From contig JBAXSC010000001.1 in NCBI GenBank assembly GCA_037130925.1, forward strand, positions 90,896 to 154,895: a stretch of 64,000 bases of DNA, read 5' to 3'. This stretch comes from Candidatus Nomurabacteria bacterium. Its GTDB lineage: Bacteria > Patescibacteriota > Minisyncoccia > Phycocordibacterales > UBA5272. Positions 1 to 10,856 of this stretch are shown one piece after another (positions within the stretch are counted from its first letter, which is position 1; each line of letters begins with the position of its first letter). Position numbers and translations under genes: made by a program. Under the pieces are notes generated by a model. It was not told the origin of the DNA and did not search any database. It was given only the letters and a program-made list of their open reading frames with translations.

Positions 1-73
1 AAAGTCAGCATTTTGCTGGCTTTTTGTTTTTTTATGAAATGACTATCATATTAATTTATGATATAATTTTTTT

Positions 74-667
74 ATGATAAAATATCCTTTTTTAGAGAAA
101 TCCCAAATAATAAAAAAAGAAGCTAAAACAATATTAGATTCTACTAATATTGTAGATTTTCTTAATAAATTTGGTGAAGTTAATCTTATTGGAAGTTATG
201 CGTACGATGTAATGATGTCTAAAGATATAGATTTTCATATTATTGTTAAGGAGTTTGATATGAATATTATTAAGACATCAATAAATTATTTTTTAGATAG
301 CGGTTTGTTCGAATATATCGAATTTCATGATAAACATAATTTTAATGAAGATGCTGCTACTAGATATACTTCTAAAAAAGCTTTAGATAGTTTTTATTTG
401 GGATTGAAAATGACTTTTAATGAAAGTTTATGGCAAATAGGTATTAATTTCATTATAAAGTCACAAGAGTCATCGAATGAAATAATTGAATTAATGAAAA
501 ATTCTTCAGATGAAGAAAAAGAAAAAATTTTAGAATTTAAACATTTATTATTTGAGTCTGATATTAAAGTTTCTAGTTCTTATATATATCTAGCAGTTAT
601 AGAGAAAAAAGCAAAAACAAAAGAAGAATTATTTGAATATTTAAAATCGATTGGTTATTCTGTATAA
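74..667 (+). CDS. nucleotidyltransferase-fold protein (minimal NTase-like)
   Basis: 197-aa ORF. It carries a G-S...D-x-D signature (LIGSYAYDVMMSKDIDFHI) typical of pol-beta-type nucleotidyltransferases. Confidence 0.45.
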   Translation: MIKYPFLEKSQIIKKEAKTILDSTNIVDFLNKFGEVNLIGSYAYDVMMSKDIDFHIIVKEFDMNIIKTSINYFLDSGLFEYIEFHDKHNFNEDAATRYTSKKALDSFYLGLKMTFNESLWQIGINFIIKSQESSNEIIELMKNSSDEEKEKILEFKHLLFESDIKVSSSYIYLAVIEKKAKTKEELFEYLKSIGYSV

Positions 668-686
668 TTTATATATAAATAAAAAA

Positions 687-1205
687 ATGAAATTCTATAA
701 AATAAATTATTTATTAAATAAAATAGAAAGTGTTAATCAGGTTAAATGTAAGAAAATCTTTGAAGATCATAAAGATAGATTTTTGGTTGCGCCAGGATCT
801 TTAGCAAAACATCAAAATTGGAAAGGTGGATACATTGATCATTTAGAAGAAATCATGAGTATGGCTTATAATTTTTATGGTTTTATGTTTAAAGAAAGAA
901 AACCAGACTTTACTTTGTCAGACTCTCTTTTGGTTTTATTTTTACACGATTTAGAAAAGCCATTTAAATACGTTGAGCCAAAAACAAAGTTTACATCAGA
1001 TTTAGAAAAAGAAGAATTTATAAATTCTGTTTTAAAAGAATATAAAATAAAGTTAAATAATAAACAAAAAATAGCTTTAAAATATATACATGGAGAAGGT
1101 GAAGACCATAATTCTAAAAAGAGAATTCAGAATCCATTGGGAGCCTTTTGTCATATGTGTGACAATAATTCTGCCAGAATCTGGTTTTCTTATCCTAATA
1201 AATAA
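687..1205 (+). CDS. HD-domain phosphohydrolase-like protein
   Basis: ORF 651..1205 trimmed to the ATG at 687 (MKFYKINY). It shows an H...HD pattern (YIDHLEE ... LFLHDLEKP) and sits immediately downstream of the NTase gene. Confidence 0.45.
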   Translation: MKFYKINYLLNKIESVNQVKCKKIFEDHKDRFLVAPGSLAKHQNWKGGYIDHLEEIMSMAYNFYGFMFKERKPDFTLSDSLLVLFLHDLEKPFKYVEPKTKFTSDLEKEEFINSVLKEYKIKLNNKQKIALKYIHGEGEDHNSKKRIQNPLGAFCHMCDNNSARIWFSYPNK

Positions 1206-1218
1206 AAACACACAAATT

Positions 1219-1250
1219 AAAAACACTCTGAATTATTCAGAGTGTTTTTA
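1219..1250. terminator. bidirectional intrinsic terminator
   Basis: Perfect hairpin aaaaacactctga-attat-tcagagtgttttt lies between convergent genes. Confidence 0.7.
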
Positions 1251-1259
1251 ATTATATTA

Positions 1260-1634
1260 TTAGAAGCTGGCTAGTAATAGGTAAACACTTAAAATAATGC
1301 AAAGTGTACCAGAAATTAAAATCATATTATGATTTTTCATCATTTTTTCATAAAATTTTGATACATGTCCTGGCATCCAAAGTAAAAATATTCCTTTGAA
1401 TATTGCAACAACAGAAAAGATGTATAAAACCAGAGACAATGTGTCTCTCATTGGATTAATAAAAGGAAAGATTGTTGCCCCTAAAAGTACAGAAAAGAAT
1501 CCTAACGTCCACATTAGTCCTGAATTTTCTGCTATTCTATTTATAGTTATAGAGGTAGATTTCCTATCTAATACTATTGAAAATCCTGTTATTAGAAAAG
1601 TTAAACCGAAGATTTGAGCAAAAATTACTGGCAT
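1260..1634 (-). CDS. small multi-pass membrane protein (paralog A)
   Basis: 124-aa hydrophobic ORF that aligns with the neighbouring 128-aa ORF (FGLTFLITGFSIVLDRK vs FGMTFLFAGISMIFNRK; LLWMPGH vs LLWLPGH). Confidence 0.6.
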   Translation of the reverse strand: MPVIFAQIFGLTFLITGFSIVLDRKSTSITINRIAENSGLMWTLGFFSVLLGATIFPFINPMRDTLSLVLYIFSVVAIFKGIFLLWMPGHVSKFYEKMMKNHNMILISGTLCIILSVYLLLASF

Positions 1635-1749
1635 ATTTTTATTTATTTTAAAAGAGATTATTAATATTTCACTTTTTAATTATATCATTCTTTGATATGT
1701 AAAATAAAATCACCTATATTTCTATAGGTGATTTTATTTATTTAAGTAA

Positions 1750-2136
1750 TTAAAAGTAGAATCCTTTTGCAATTAAATAGAAACTTGCTAATAATGCAAT
1801 TATTCCAGTAATTAAAATAATTGAATTATTTTCAGCTATTTTTTTATAAAGCTTTGTTGAATGTCCTGGTAACCAAAGTAAATAAATACCTTTTAAGAAA
1901 GCAAGAATACCAATTATTGAAAGCATTGCAGATAAGCCACTTCCGTAAAAATTAGAGAAAGCTAAAATAAAAGATCCTGCAAAAATAAACATGAATCCCA
2001 TGTTCCAGATTAATCCAGCGTCTGAAACCATTCTGTCAACTACTAATTTAACTGTTTTTCTATTAAAAATCATTGAAATGCCGGCGAACAAAAATGTCAT
2101 TCCAAAAATTTGAGCCAAGATATTTATTGTTATCAT
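1750..2136 (-). CDS. small multi-pass membrane protein (paralog B)
   Basis: 128-aa ORF, a tandem paralog of 1260..1634, with its own hairpin terminator at about 1700..1740. Confidence 0.6.
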   Translation of the reverse strand: MITINILAQIFGMTFLFAGISMIFNRKTVKLVVDRMVSDAGLIWNMGFMFIFAGSFILAFSNFYGSGLSAMLSIIGILAFLKGIYLLWLPGHSTKLYKKIAENNSIILITGIIALLASFYLIAKGFYF

Positions 2137-2199
2137 ATTTTTTAATTATTAATATTATGTATTTAATTTTTTATACATAAATTATATCACAATTAAAAA

Positions 2200-2580
2200 C
2201 TACTTTTTCTCATTTTCAACTTTTTTGAAAACAATATCCATTTCTTGTCTTGCTTTTTCTCCTTGATCAATTTTTACTTCTACATTTGGTATAACTCTGA
2301 TGTGTAATTTATTTTTTAAATCAGTACGAAGATCAGTACGCATGCGTTTTGCGAATTCTAAAGCCTGATCTTCTTTTGTTTCTGGATAAACAGTAATAAA
2401 AATATTTGCTCTTTTTAGGTCTTTTGAGATATCTGCTTTTGTTACTGTAATAAGTGAAGCACCAGAAGACTCTCTTTGAAAAAAGTCTTGAGCAATTGAT
2501 CTGATTGTTAGGCCAACTTTTATTTGTCTTTCTGTTTGTCCTGAGAAGTCAGGATTTGTATTTTCGTGTGAGGGAAACAT
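2200..2580 (-). CDS. rbfA: ribosome-binding factor A
   Basis: 126-aa ORF with an RbfA-like core (LITVTKADISKDLKRANIFITVYP). It lies directly downstream of infB, as in the canonical operon. Confidence 0.8.
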   Translation of the reverse strand: MFPSHENTNPDFSGQTERQIKVGLTIRSIAQDFFQRESSGASLITVTKADISKDLKRANIFITVYPETKEDQALEFAKRMRTDLRTDLKNKLHIRVIPNVEVKIDQGEKARQEMDIVFKKVENEKK

Positions 2581-2587
2581 ATTACTT

Positions 2588-4135
2588 TTACATTATTTTT
2601 CTTTTTTCTACTTCAAAGGCTTCTATTACGTCTCCAGGGATAATTTCTATTTTACTTTCTATCATTATTCCACATTCGTTTCCTTCTAAGACTTCATTTG
2701 TCTTAATTTTCATACTTTGAAGCTCTATAACTTTTCCAGAGCCAATTTCAAAATCTCTTCTAAATACTTTTACTTTCGCATTTAATTTTATACTTCCTTC
2801 TTGAACTTTTCCTCCAAGGACATGTTTATCTTTTGAAACTGAGAAGATTTTTAAGATTTTTAATTTTCCTAAACTTTTTTCAATTTCTTCATGAGGAAGT
2901 CTTGCTTCAACTTTTTCTTTCCACCATTCTGCTAATTTATAAATAATATCAAAAGTAATTGGTGTTATTCCTAGTCTTTCTCCTTCATCTCTGGCTTTGG
3001 TTTCAATTTTCACATTAAATCCAATTATGAGAACATTTTCATCATGTGCTGTACCTAAAATATCTGTCTCTGTAATATTTCCAATTCCTCCTCCGATAAT
3101 TTTAACTTTAATACCAGTCTCCATATCTGTCTTTTCATTGTGTTCTATTTTTTTGATTTCTCTTTCTACAGCTGTCAAAGTACCAAGTGTGTCAGCTTTT
3201 AAGATTACAGGAATAACAAGCTTTGCATTACGATAAACTTTTGTATCTAAAACTTTATGAACAGAATCGTTTAATCTTTCTGCCTGAATCTTTTCTAATT
3301 CTTTTCTGTCAGAACTTGAGAAAAAAGTCTTATTAACTTTTGGAGCACTGTCGAATCCTGTCACTTTTACGACTTGTCCTGCATGGGCCATAGAAATAGG
3401 CTTGCCAGCAAAATCTTCTACTATACGAATAGGCGAGAGAGATGTATCTGCGAGTATAGCTCCAGATTTTGGCATAATACCGTCTTTTATTATTAAAGTT
3501 GAGGAAATGCCTCTCTTACCATCCAATAGTGACTCTAGAATAAATCCTGTAGCATCTTTTGATGAATCGTATGTGAAGTCTGACATTTCTGCGATAAGTA
3601 AAATAGTCTCAAGTAATTCAGGGATTCCTTTTTTAGTTTTTGAATCTATTTCAACAAAAGAAACATCTCCTCCCATTCCTTCTATATAAACCCCATTTTC
3701 AATTAAAGAATTTTTTGTTCTTTGAATATTTGCATTTGGTTTATCAACTTTACTGATAGCGACAAGATAAGGAACTTTATTTTCAACAATTATTTTGTGA
3801 GCTTCTATAGTTTGTGGCATTACTCCGTCTTCAGCAGAAACGATTAAAATAGCAATATCTGCTATTTTTGCTCCACTTTCACGCATTGATCCAAAAGCCT
3901 CGTGTCCGGGTGTGTCTAAGAAAGTAATTTTCTTAACTTCTTTTTTGTCTTTTAATTCATGAGAAATTTCATAGGCACTCACATGTTGTGTGATTCCGCC
4001 AATTTCTCCATCTACTATATTTGAATTGCGAATAGCGTCTAATAATGAGCTTTTTCCATGATCAACATGACCCATAACTACTACTACAGGCTGTCTTTCT
4101 TTTAAATTTGATTCTTGATTTTTGTCTTGTGACAT
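2588..4135 (-). CDS. infB: translation initiation factor IF-2 (short N-terminus)
   Basis: 515-aa ORF with GTPase G1 [24 protein letters not shown] and the IF-2 C-terminal domains. It lacks the long N-terminal region of the E. coli type. Confidence 0.95.
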   Translation of the reverse strand: MSQDKNQESNLKERQPVVVVMGHVDHGKSSLLDAIRNSNIVDGEIGGITQHVSAYEISHELKDKKEVKKITFLDTPGHEAFGSMRESGAKIADIAILIVSAEDGVMPQTIEAHKIIVENKVPYLVAISKVDKPNANIQRTKNSLIENGVYIEGMGGDVSFVEIDSKTKKGIPELLETILLIAEMSDFTYDSSKDATGFILESLLDGKRGISSTLIIKDGIMPKSGAILADTSLSPIRIVEDFAGKPISMAHAGQVVKVTGFDSAPKVNKTFFSSSDRKELEKIQAERLNDSVHKVLDTKVYRNAKLVIPVILKADTLGTLTAVEREIKKIEHNEKTDMETGIKVKIIGGGIGNITETDILGTAHDENVLIIGFNVKIETKARDEGERLGITPITFDIIYKLAEWWKEKVEARLPHEEIEKSLGKLKILKIFSVSKDKHVLGGKVQEGSIKLNAKVKVFRRDFEIGSGKVIELQSMKIKTNEVLEGNECGIMIESKIEIIPGDVIEAFEVEKRKIM

Positions 4136-4263
4136 AGGATATATTTTTAAATAAAAAGAGAATAAAAAACACCAATTCCCACTTTGAATTTATTTTGTAT
4201 AATAATATCATAAAAAACTTGAATAGTCTATATTTATTTAGTATATTTATAAGTAATACAAAT

Positions 4264-5559
4264 ATGTCAAAAGAGAATAAAAAAGAGAAAAGAGTTTATT
4301 TAGATTTTGCCTCACAGACAATGATGAGTAAAAAAGTCATATCTGAAATGAAGAAAGTTCAGAATTTGAATTTTAATCCAAATAATATTTATCAAGAAGG
4401 TCTTGATGCTGAAAATATTTTAAACGAAGCTAGATTGAAAATAGCTAGAACTCTCGGTGTTCGTGAATATGAAATCTATTTTACTGGAAATGGAACTCTT
4501 TCTTGTGCTTTGGCTATTTTTGGAATACTGAATTTTTATAAAGAAAATAATTCTAAAAATAAAGAATATATTTTGCCTCATATTATCACTTCAAATATTG
4601 AGCATGTCGCTGTGCTTGAAAATATAAAATATTTAGAGAAAAAAGGAGAAATAGAAGTGAGTTATCTAGAATGTGATGAATTTGGAATTGTAAATCCAGA
4701 CGATGTTGCAAAAGAATTAAAAGAAAATACTATTTTGATTTCTGTAATGTATGTAAACAACGAAGTTGGATCTATTCAAGATATTAAAAATATTAGTAAG
4801 AAAATAAAAGAGTGGAAGAAAAATAATAATAGAGATGTATTTTCTTATCCGTATTTTTATACTGATGCAGCACAAGCAGGGAATTATCTTTCTCTTTATG
4901 TTGATATGCTCGGTGTAGATTTACTTTCTTTAAACGGATCAAAAATATATGGTCCAAAATCTTCTGGAATTTTATTTAAAAAAGAAAAAGTTCATATTTC
5001 TCCTTTTTATTTTGGTGGAGGACAAGAAAGAAATATTTTTTCTGGTACTGTCGATATAGAAAAAAGTGTCGGTCTCGCTACAGCTTTAGAAGAAGCTCAA
5101 AACAAAATTAAAAATATTAAAATTTTAGAATCTATTTCAAATAAAAGAAATAATTTATTAGAAAATATTTTAAAAGAAATAAAAGAAGCAAAATTGATAG
5201 GGTCTTGGAATGAAAATGAATGGAAGTCTGAAAAATCTGGTATTCCTAGAGATGAAAGAGAGGCAAAGAGAGCACCAGGAAATATTTCTATTCATCTTCC
5301 AGATTTTCCTTCTGATGAAATGGTAATTCGTCTTGATCAAAAAGGGTTTGCTGTCTCTGCTGGATCTGCATGTTCTGCAAAGAGTGATGAATTTTCTCAT
5401 GTGATTTTTAACATTTCAAAAAATAAATTTAAAAAAGAAGAATCAAAAAAGATAGCTCGTGAGACCATTCGTATCTCTATTGATGATAGTGTAGAAGAAA
5501 AAGATTTAGAAAGATTTGTAAAAGTCTTAAAAGAAATTTATTATAAATTCAAAAAATAA
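4264..5559 (+). CDS. cysteine desulfurase (class V aminotransferase, NifS/IscS-like)
   Basis: ORF 4195..5559 trimmed to the ATG at 4264 (MSKENKK). It has a PLP-lysine context SLNGSKIYGPKSSG and a catalytic Cys loop SAGSACSA. Confidence 0.85.
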   Translation: MSKENKKEKRVYLDFASQTMMSKKVISEMKKVQNLNFNPNNIYQEGLDAENILNEARLKIARTLGVREYEIYFTGNGTLSCALAIFGILNFYKENNSKNKEYILPHIITSNIEHVAVLENIKYLEKKGEIEVSYLECDEFGIVNPDDVAKELKENTILISVMYVNNEVGSIQDIKNISKKIKEWKKNNNRDVFSYPYFYTDAAQAGNYLSLYVDMLGVDLLSLNGSKIYGPKSSGILFKKEKVHISPFYFGGGQERNIFSGTVDIEKSVGLATALEEAQNKIKNIKILESISNKRNNLLENILKEIKEAKLIGSWNENEWKSEKSGIPRDEREAKRAPGNISIHLPDFPSDEMVIRLDQKGFAVSAGSACSAKSDEFSHVIFNISKNKFKKEESKKIARETIRISIDDSVEEKDLERFVKVLKEIYYKFKK

Positions 5560-5570
5560 AATAAAGATTA

Positions 5571-5595
5571 AACCACCTCACGAGAGGTGGTTTTT
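5571..5595 (+). terminator. intrinsic terminator
   Basis: aaccacctc-acga-gaggtgg followed by ttttt. Confidence 0.7.
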
Positions 5596-5615
5596 AAACT
5601 CTTTTTAAAGAAGGC

Positions 5616-5945
5616 TTATTTAGTAAGCATATGAAGTGTAAAATTATTATCGTCATTTTTTATTTCTTTTAATAATAATTTTTCTTCTTCAAATCTTTTT
5701 TTAAAAAGTTTAAAATTCACTTTTATAAACCTTTTATCTTCTTTTGTGAGTTTTTCTGAAAAAAAAGTATTGAACCAAAAATTGGAAGATTTAATTTCTT
5801 CTAACGATTCACTTTTGTTAATAAAGAACAAAATTTGTCCTTTAGCTTCTTCTTTAAGTTTTAAAAATATAGCATTAAAAGTATCATCTAACTCTATAAA
5901 TTTATCATTTAAAGCTTTTTCTAGATCCTTAGATACAGTTTTCAT
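5616..5945 (-). CDS. hypothetical protein
   Basis: 109-aa ORF. A TTGACA-type promoter lies on the minus strand upstream (plus-strand tttgtcaag at about 6025). Confidence 0.5.
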   Translation of the reverse strand: MKTVSKDLEKALNDKFIELDDTFNAIFLKLKEEAKGQILFFINKSESLEEIKSSNFWFNTFFSEKLTKEDKRFIKVNFKLFKKRFEEEKLLLKEIKNDDNNFTLHMLTK

Positions 5946-6094
5946 TTTCTAATTTTATTTTTTGTTAAAAATTTTATGAATGTTCAATTTGAACTTTTTA
6001 TATACTATACAATATTAATACATTTGTCAAGTATTAATAAAAATAAAAAGGAAGTATAATTTTGATTATACTTCCTTTATAATTAAAAGAATTT

Positions 6095-6445
6095 TTACTT
6101 TGATTGTTGATATTCTTGTATTGCATCTTCAATTATTTTTTGAATATTTTCAGTATTTATAATTTTATTTTCTTCTAATGAAAACAAAGTTTCAATCCTG
6201 TTTAAGTTTATTCTAAAAAAATGAGCTACATTATTTTTTTCAACATTATTCTCTTTAGCAAATCTTTTTAAAAATTCTTTGAATTTCAAGTCATCATTCT
6301 CCAATTTTTTGTACTTCGGATGATGTCTAGTTACATATCTTGTGAGTAGAAAAACAAATAGAACTATTACTCCACAAGAAATAATTCCGTACCAAAATTC
6401 TCTACTTTCTAGTAAAGTACTAATAATTTTTAAACACTTTTCCAT
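6095..6445 (-). CDS. hypothetical membrane-anchored protein
   Basis: 116-aa ORF with one predicted TM segment (WYGIISCGVIVLFVFLLT). Confidence 0.5.
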   Translation of the reverse strand: MEKCLKIISTLLESREFWYGIISCGVIVLFVFLLTRYVTRHHPKYKKLENDDLKFKEFLKRFAKENNVEKNNVAHFFRINLNRIETLFSLEENKIINTENIQKIIEDAIQEYQQSK

Positions 6446-6579
6446 CTTTATTCTGTTTTAATTTTTAATTAATTTAATGAACATTATTACCTTTTTCAGA
6501 TTAACATAATTTAGTATTTTAGTCAAAAAATTATCCGCCTCATGTGAGGCGGATCAGTTTAAGTTCCTAAGGGAATCTT

Positions 6580-6756
6580 TTAGTTACGTAAATCGGCAGA
6601 TTCTGATTTCTGACTTTTTTCTAATTCTATTTTTTTCTTCCTTTTCTCAGTTTTATGTATTCTATAGCAGCCTATAATAAGGCCTCCTATTAATACTGGA
6701 AATGGAAATCCATTTGCCATTTGAACTAAAAAGTCAGGTAAAGTACTATGATGCAT
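6580..6756 (-). CDS. small (58 aa) single-TM protein, unlisted ORF
   Basis: Hand translation gives MHHSTLPDFLVQMANGFPFPVLIGGLIIGCYRIHKTEKRKKKIELEKSQKSESADLRN. It is flanked by a minus-strand TTGACA promoter (about 6830) and a hairpin terminator atccgcctc-acat-gaggcggat (6533..6556). Confidence 0.4.
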   Translation of the reverse strand: MHHSTLPDFLVQMANGFPFPVLIGGLIIGCYRIHKTEKRKKKIELEKSQKSESADLRN

Positions 6757-6894
6757 TCTATTTATTTTTTGATTTAAAAATATTGTTTATTTGAACAGCT
6801 ATATATAGCATAATATAAATAGATATATTTGTCAAATGTTTAATTATTTGTAATTTTTAAATACTAATTTTGTATGATAAAATAAAGGAAATAT

Positions 6895-7473
6895 ATGTAT
6901 ACACCAAAAAATTATGATCATTTATTAGGACTCGAGGGGTTTTCTGAGGCGGCTTTAAAGCTTCACTTTACTCTTTATGAAGGATATGTTAAAAATATTA
7001 ATAGTATTCTCGCTAAACAGAAAGAAGGAAGACTCGAACTGGGGAGTATTGAAGCAAGCGAAGTGGAAAGAAGAATGGGCTGGGAATACAATGGGATGAA
7101 ATTACACGAAATTTATTTTGGATCTCTTTCTAAAAATAAAAATGAATTAAACAAAGAAAGTGCTCTAGCGAAAAAGATAGATGAGATTTACGGAAGTTTT
7201 GAAAATTGGATTGCAACATTAAAAAGTATTGGAACAATGAGAGGGATAGGATGGGTAGCATTAGTAAAAGGTGAATCAGAAAACGAATTATTCACTTTAT
7301 GGTTTGAAGAGCATAATACTGGATTATTTGCGAATTCAAAAGTAATTCTATGTATGGATATGTTAGAACATGCTTTCTTATTGGATTTTGGAACAAAGAA
7401 AGCTGATTATATTGATGCATTTTTAAAAAATGTTGATTGGAAAGTTTGTGAAGAGAGATTTGAAAATAAATAA
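6895..7473 (+). CDS. Fe/Mn superoxide dismutase
   Basis: 192-aa ORF with SOD motifs (LHFTLYEGYV, WEYNGMKLHEIYF, DMLEHAFLLDF). Confidence 0.85.
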   Translation: MYTPKNYDHLLGLEGFSEAALKLHFTLYEGYVKNINSILAKQKEGRLELGSIEASEVERRMGWEYNGMKLHEIYFGSLSKNKNELNKESALAKKIDEIYGSFENWIATLKSIGTMRGIGWVALVKGESENELFTLWFEEHNTGLFANSKVILCMDMLEHAFLLDFGTKKADYIDAFLKNVDWKVCEERFENK

Positions 7474-7569
7474 TATAAATTTAAAAAATTGTTTTTTAAA
7501 ATGTTTCGCAAAGCGGGGCTTCATTTGAAAAAATAATTTTTTAATTATTAAATAAACAAGATAAAAAAT

Positions 7570-10314
7570 ATGCCACCAGCATTTAACAATTTTACAACTA
7601 AAGCAAAAGAAGTGATAAGGAGGGCACATGAGATAGCGATTGAAAGAAATCAAAATCAAGTCACACCTTTGCATTTATTTGCAGCGATACTCTTACAAGA
7701 AGATAGTATTATAATTCCGATTTTAGAAAAAATGGGAGTGGATTATGTATTGCTTTTGGATGTGGTGATAGAAAATATTGAAGGTCATCCATCAGCTCAG
7801 ACACTTTCATCTTCTTATCAAATGTATTTGACTCCAGAACTCGCTCAAACTTTAGAGAATTCTATAATCATTGCAAAAGAAATGGGTGATGAATTTATTG
7901 GAATAGAAGTTATGTTTTTAGCTTTGCTTGATACTCCAGGAAAAATACAAGAGTCAGTAAATAGATTTAAAATTGATAGAGATGTAATTAAATCTTTGAT
8001 TACAGAATTCCGTAGTCACAATGTACATGATACTCCTGCACCAAAAAAGAATAAATGGCTTGTCAGATTTACTCGTAATCTCACAGAATTAGCAAAGCAA
8101 GATAAACTTGATCCTGTTATTGGTCGTGATGGAGAAATTATGCGTCTTATGCAAATTCTCTCTCGTCGTACAAAAAATAATCCTCTATTAATAGGAGAGG
8201 CTGGTACTGGAAAGACTGCTGTTGTAGAAGGTCTCGCAAATAGAATTGCAAAAAATGATGTACCTGAAAGTCTTAAAGATAAAGAATTACTTTTACTTGA
8301 TTTAGGTATGCTCATTGCTGGTACAAAATTCAGAGGAGAATTTGAAGAGAGATTAAAGCAGATGATGAAAGAGGTAGAAAAAAGTGAAGGGAAAATAATT
8401 TTATTTATTGATGAGATACATACTATTGTCGGAGCTGGTGCAGCGGAAGGGGCAAATGATGTTGCAAATCTTCTCAAGCCTGCTCTTGCTCGTGGAGAGT
8501 TGAAAGTCATCGGTGCAACAACATTAAATGAATATCAAAAGCATATTGAAAAAGATCCTGCTCTTGCGAGAAGATTTCAAACTATATTTGTAGAAGAGCC
8601 ATCAACAGATGATACTCTTGCTATTTTGCGTGGTTTAAAAGAAAAGTATGAACTTTTCCATGGAGTGAGAATTACAGATGCGGCACTTTATGCAGCTACA
8701 AATTTATCTGTGAGATATATCACAAATAGATTTCTTCCTGATAAGGCTATTGATCTTATTGATGAGGCAGCATCAAGTATGAGAATTGCTTTAGAAAATA
8801 AACCTGCAGAGTTAGAAGAAGCACATAGAAAAATTTTAAAACTTCAAATTGAAAAAGAGGCTTTATTAAAAGAATCTTCACTTGATAAAAAAGATTTGAA
8901 CTTAATTAATAAAATAAAAGTAGTAGAAAAAGAAATCTTTAACATAAAAGAAGGAGTAAAAGAATTAGAGATTCGCTGGATAAATGAGAAAAATATTCTA
9001 GATGAAGTCGGAGCATTACGTAAAAAGTTGGACTTCTTGCGTGTTGAGGCTGACATGAAAGAGTCTCTTGGTGATCTTGCTCGTATCGCAGAGATCAGAT
9101 ATTCTGAAATGCCAAAATTAAATACTGAAATAAATTCTAAGATTGAAAAATTAAAGAAAATGCAAAAAGTTCGTAAAGTTTTGCGTGAAGAAATTACAGA
9201 AGAAGATATTGCAGCTGTAGTATCTCGCTGGACTGGTGTACCACTTTCTAGAATGCTCGAAGCAGAACAAGAAAAATTAAAACGCATGGAAGATGTTCTT
9301 TCTCGTCGTGTGATTGGACAAAAAGAGGCAATACAAAAAATCTCTGACGCTGTACGCAGAAGTCGTGTCGGTATTAGTGATCCTGATAGACCTATCGGAT
9401 CATTTATGTTTCTTGGTCCAACAGGAGTCGGTAAAACAGAGTTAACAAAAGCTCTCGCAGAATTTATGTTTAATGATGAAAAGTCTCTAATCAAAGTTGA
9501 TATGAGTGAATACATGGAAAAACATTCTGTTTCAAAATTAATTGGCTCACCACCTGGATATGTTGGTTATGAAGAATCAGGACATTTAACAGAGTCAGTT
9601 CGTCACAGACCATATTCTGTAATCCTTTTTGATGAAGTTGAAAAAGCTCATCCAGAAGTATTTAATGTTTTGCTTCAGGTCCTCGATGAAGGAAGGCTTC
9701 GTGATTCAAAAGGAAGATTTGTAAATTTCAAAAATTCTATCATAGTCATGACTTCAAATATCGGATCTCAATATATTCAAAATATGCAAAAGTTCGGATT
9801 TAATAATTCTGATACTGAAGAGAAAAATTATGAGAATACAAAAGAAAAAGTTATGTCTTCTCTAAAAGATTTCTTTAAGCCAGAATTCTTAAATAGACTT
9901 GATGAAATAGTTGTCTTTGATATTTTGAAAAAAGAAGAAATAAAACAAATTGTCGATCTCGAATTAAATAAAATCTCAACTAGATTAATGGAAAAGAATT
10001 TGAAATTATCTGTTTCAGAAAAAGCTAGAGAATATATTTCAGAATCATCTTTTGATCCTCATTATGGCGCGAGACCAATTAAAAGATTTATCCAAACTCA
10101 TCTTTTAAATGAATTAGCTAAAGTCATGCTCGATGCTGGAGAAGTAAAAGATAGTAAAGGGAATATTCCAGAAAGTATTGTAGAGATAAATTTGAAAGAA
10201 GACAAAGATCAGATTACAAAAGAAATCAAAAAATCTCTTTCTTTAGAAATTAAAAAAGTTAAAAAACAAAAAATAGTTTCTCCAATTCAAATAGAAGAAA
10301 TTAAAAGTAAATAA
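7570..10314 (+). CDS. clpB: ATP-dependent chaperone ClpB
   Basis: 914-aa ORF with a Clp N domain, two AAA+ modules ([18 protein letters not shown]) and a long middle coiled-coil region. Confidence 0.95.
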   Translation: MPPAFNNFTTKAKEVIRRAHEIAIERNQNQVTPLHLFAAILLQEDSIIIPILEKMGVDYVLLLDVVIENIEGHPSAQTLSSSYQMYLTPELAQTLENSIIIAKEMGDEFIGIEVMFLALLDTPGKIQESVNRFKIDRDVIKSLITEFRSHNVHDTPAPKKNKWLVRFTRNLTELAKQDKLDPVIGRDGEIMRLMQILSRRTKNNPLLIGEAGTGKTAVVEGLANRIAKNDVPESLKDKELLLLDLGMLIAGTKFRGEFEERLKQMMKEVEKSEGKIILFIDEIHTIVGAGAAEGANDVANLLKPALARGELKVIGATTLNEYQKHIEKDPALARRFQTIFVEEPSTDDTLAILRGLKEKYELFHGVRITDAALYAATNLSVRYITNRFLPDKAIDLIDEAASSMRIALENKPAELEEAHRKILKLQIEKEALLKESSLDKKDLNLINKIKVVEKEIFNIKEGVKELEIRWINEKNILDEVGALRKKLDFLRVEADMKESLGDLARIAEIRYSEMPKLNTEINSKIEKLKKMQKVRKVLREEITEEDIAAVVSRWTGVPLSRMLEAEQEKLKRMEDVLSRRVIGQKEAIQKISDAVRRSRVGISDPDRPIGSFMFLGPTGVGKTELTKALAEFMFNDEKSLIKVDMSEYMEKHSVSKLIGSPPGYVGYEESGHLTESVRHRPYSVILFDEVEKAHPEVFNVLLQVLDEGRLRDSKGRFVNFKNSIIVMTSNIGSQYIQNMQKFGFNNSDTEEKNYENTKEKVMSSLKDFFKPEFLNRLDEIVVFDILKKEEIKQIVDLELNKISTRLMEKNLKLSVSEKAREYISESSFDPHYGARPIKRFIQTHLLNELAKVMLDAGEVKDSKGNIPESIVEINLKEDKDQITKEIKKSLSLEIKKVKKQKIVSPIQIEEIKSK

Positions 10315-10620
10315 AAAGAAAAAGCCATTGCTTGCGCAACGGCTTTTTTAAAAAACACAAATTTCTTTTCAGAAGGCTTTATCGTGAAGGTCTTCCTTTC
10401 ATATTCGAATAATCACATGTAGAAAGGGGAAAATTAAATTTCCATAAACTACTCAAGTCAAAGGAGGCGAGAGTCTTAGTTTCCCTTCGTCTATCCTACG
10501 TTTACCATATGTCACTAAATTGAAATTTGTGGATAGCTCAATTAATCAGAAAGAGCTAGCTAATCTTAAATGTTGAGATACATGACCCAGGCCACATATT
10601 TGGTCTCTAATTTAAAAACT
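10312..10620 (-). ncRNA. candidate ~300-nt non-coding RNA, class unknown
   Basis: Minus-strand promoter TTGACT (10655..10650), a 17-nt spacer, then TAGTAT (10632..10627). The transcript runs to the bidirectional terminator at 10321..10349. The region is GC-richer than its flanks, has several local hairpins (for example tagctc/gagcta) and no ORF above 13 codons. Confidence 0.35.
10321..10349. terminator. bidirectional intrinsic terminator
   Basis: aaagccattgc-ttgc-gcaacggc hairpin with T-runs on both strands. Confidence 0.7.
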
Positions 10621-10706
10621 GAACTAATACTAGCAAAACATGTATATAAAGTCAACAATTTAGACACTTTAATTTTTGTTTAAAATTTGCTATAATTTCT
10701 TTTAAT

Positions 10707-10780
10707 GTCAGTATAGCTCAGTTGGTTAGAGCATAGCACTCATAAAGCTAAGGTCGGTGGTTCGATCCCACCTACTGACA
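10707..10780 (+). tRNA. tRNA-Met (CAT), elongator type (Ile2-lysidine type not excluded)
   Basis: Cloverleaf read by eye: acceptor gtcagta/tactgac, anticodon loop ctCATaa, T-arm ggtggttcgatcccacc. No CCA is encoded. Confidence 0.85.
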
Positions 10781-10856
10781 CAAAGCTTGACTAATCATTT
10801 TATATATGACATCCTATTAAAGGTAATTTTTTATTTTTAAATACAAAACTCATTAA

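Noticed and set aside
8016-9515. Long antisense ORFs inside clpB (8016..8510, 8844..9515). Similar ones lie inside infB, ftsZ (34466..35023), ftsK (46942..47397), rplL (60114..60482) and the 48271 gene (48534..48959).
   Set aside because: They are low-complexity S/F/I/L-rich translations opposite strongly supported conserved genes, which is the typical shadow-ORF pattern.
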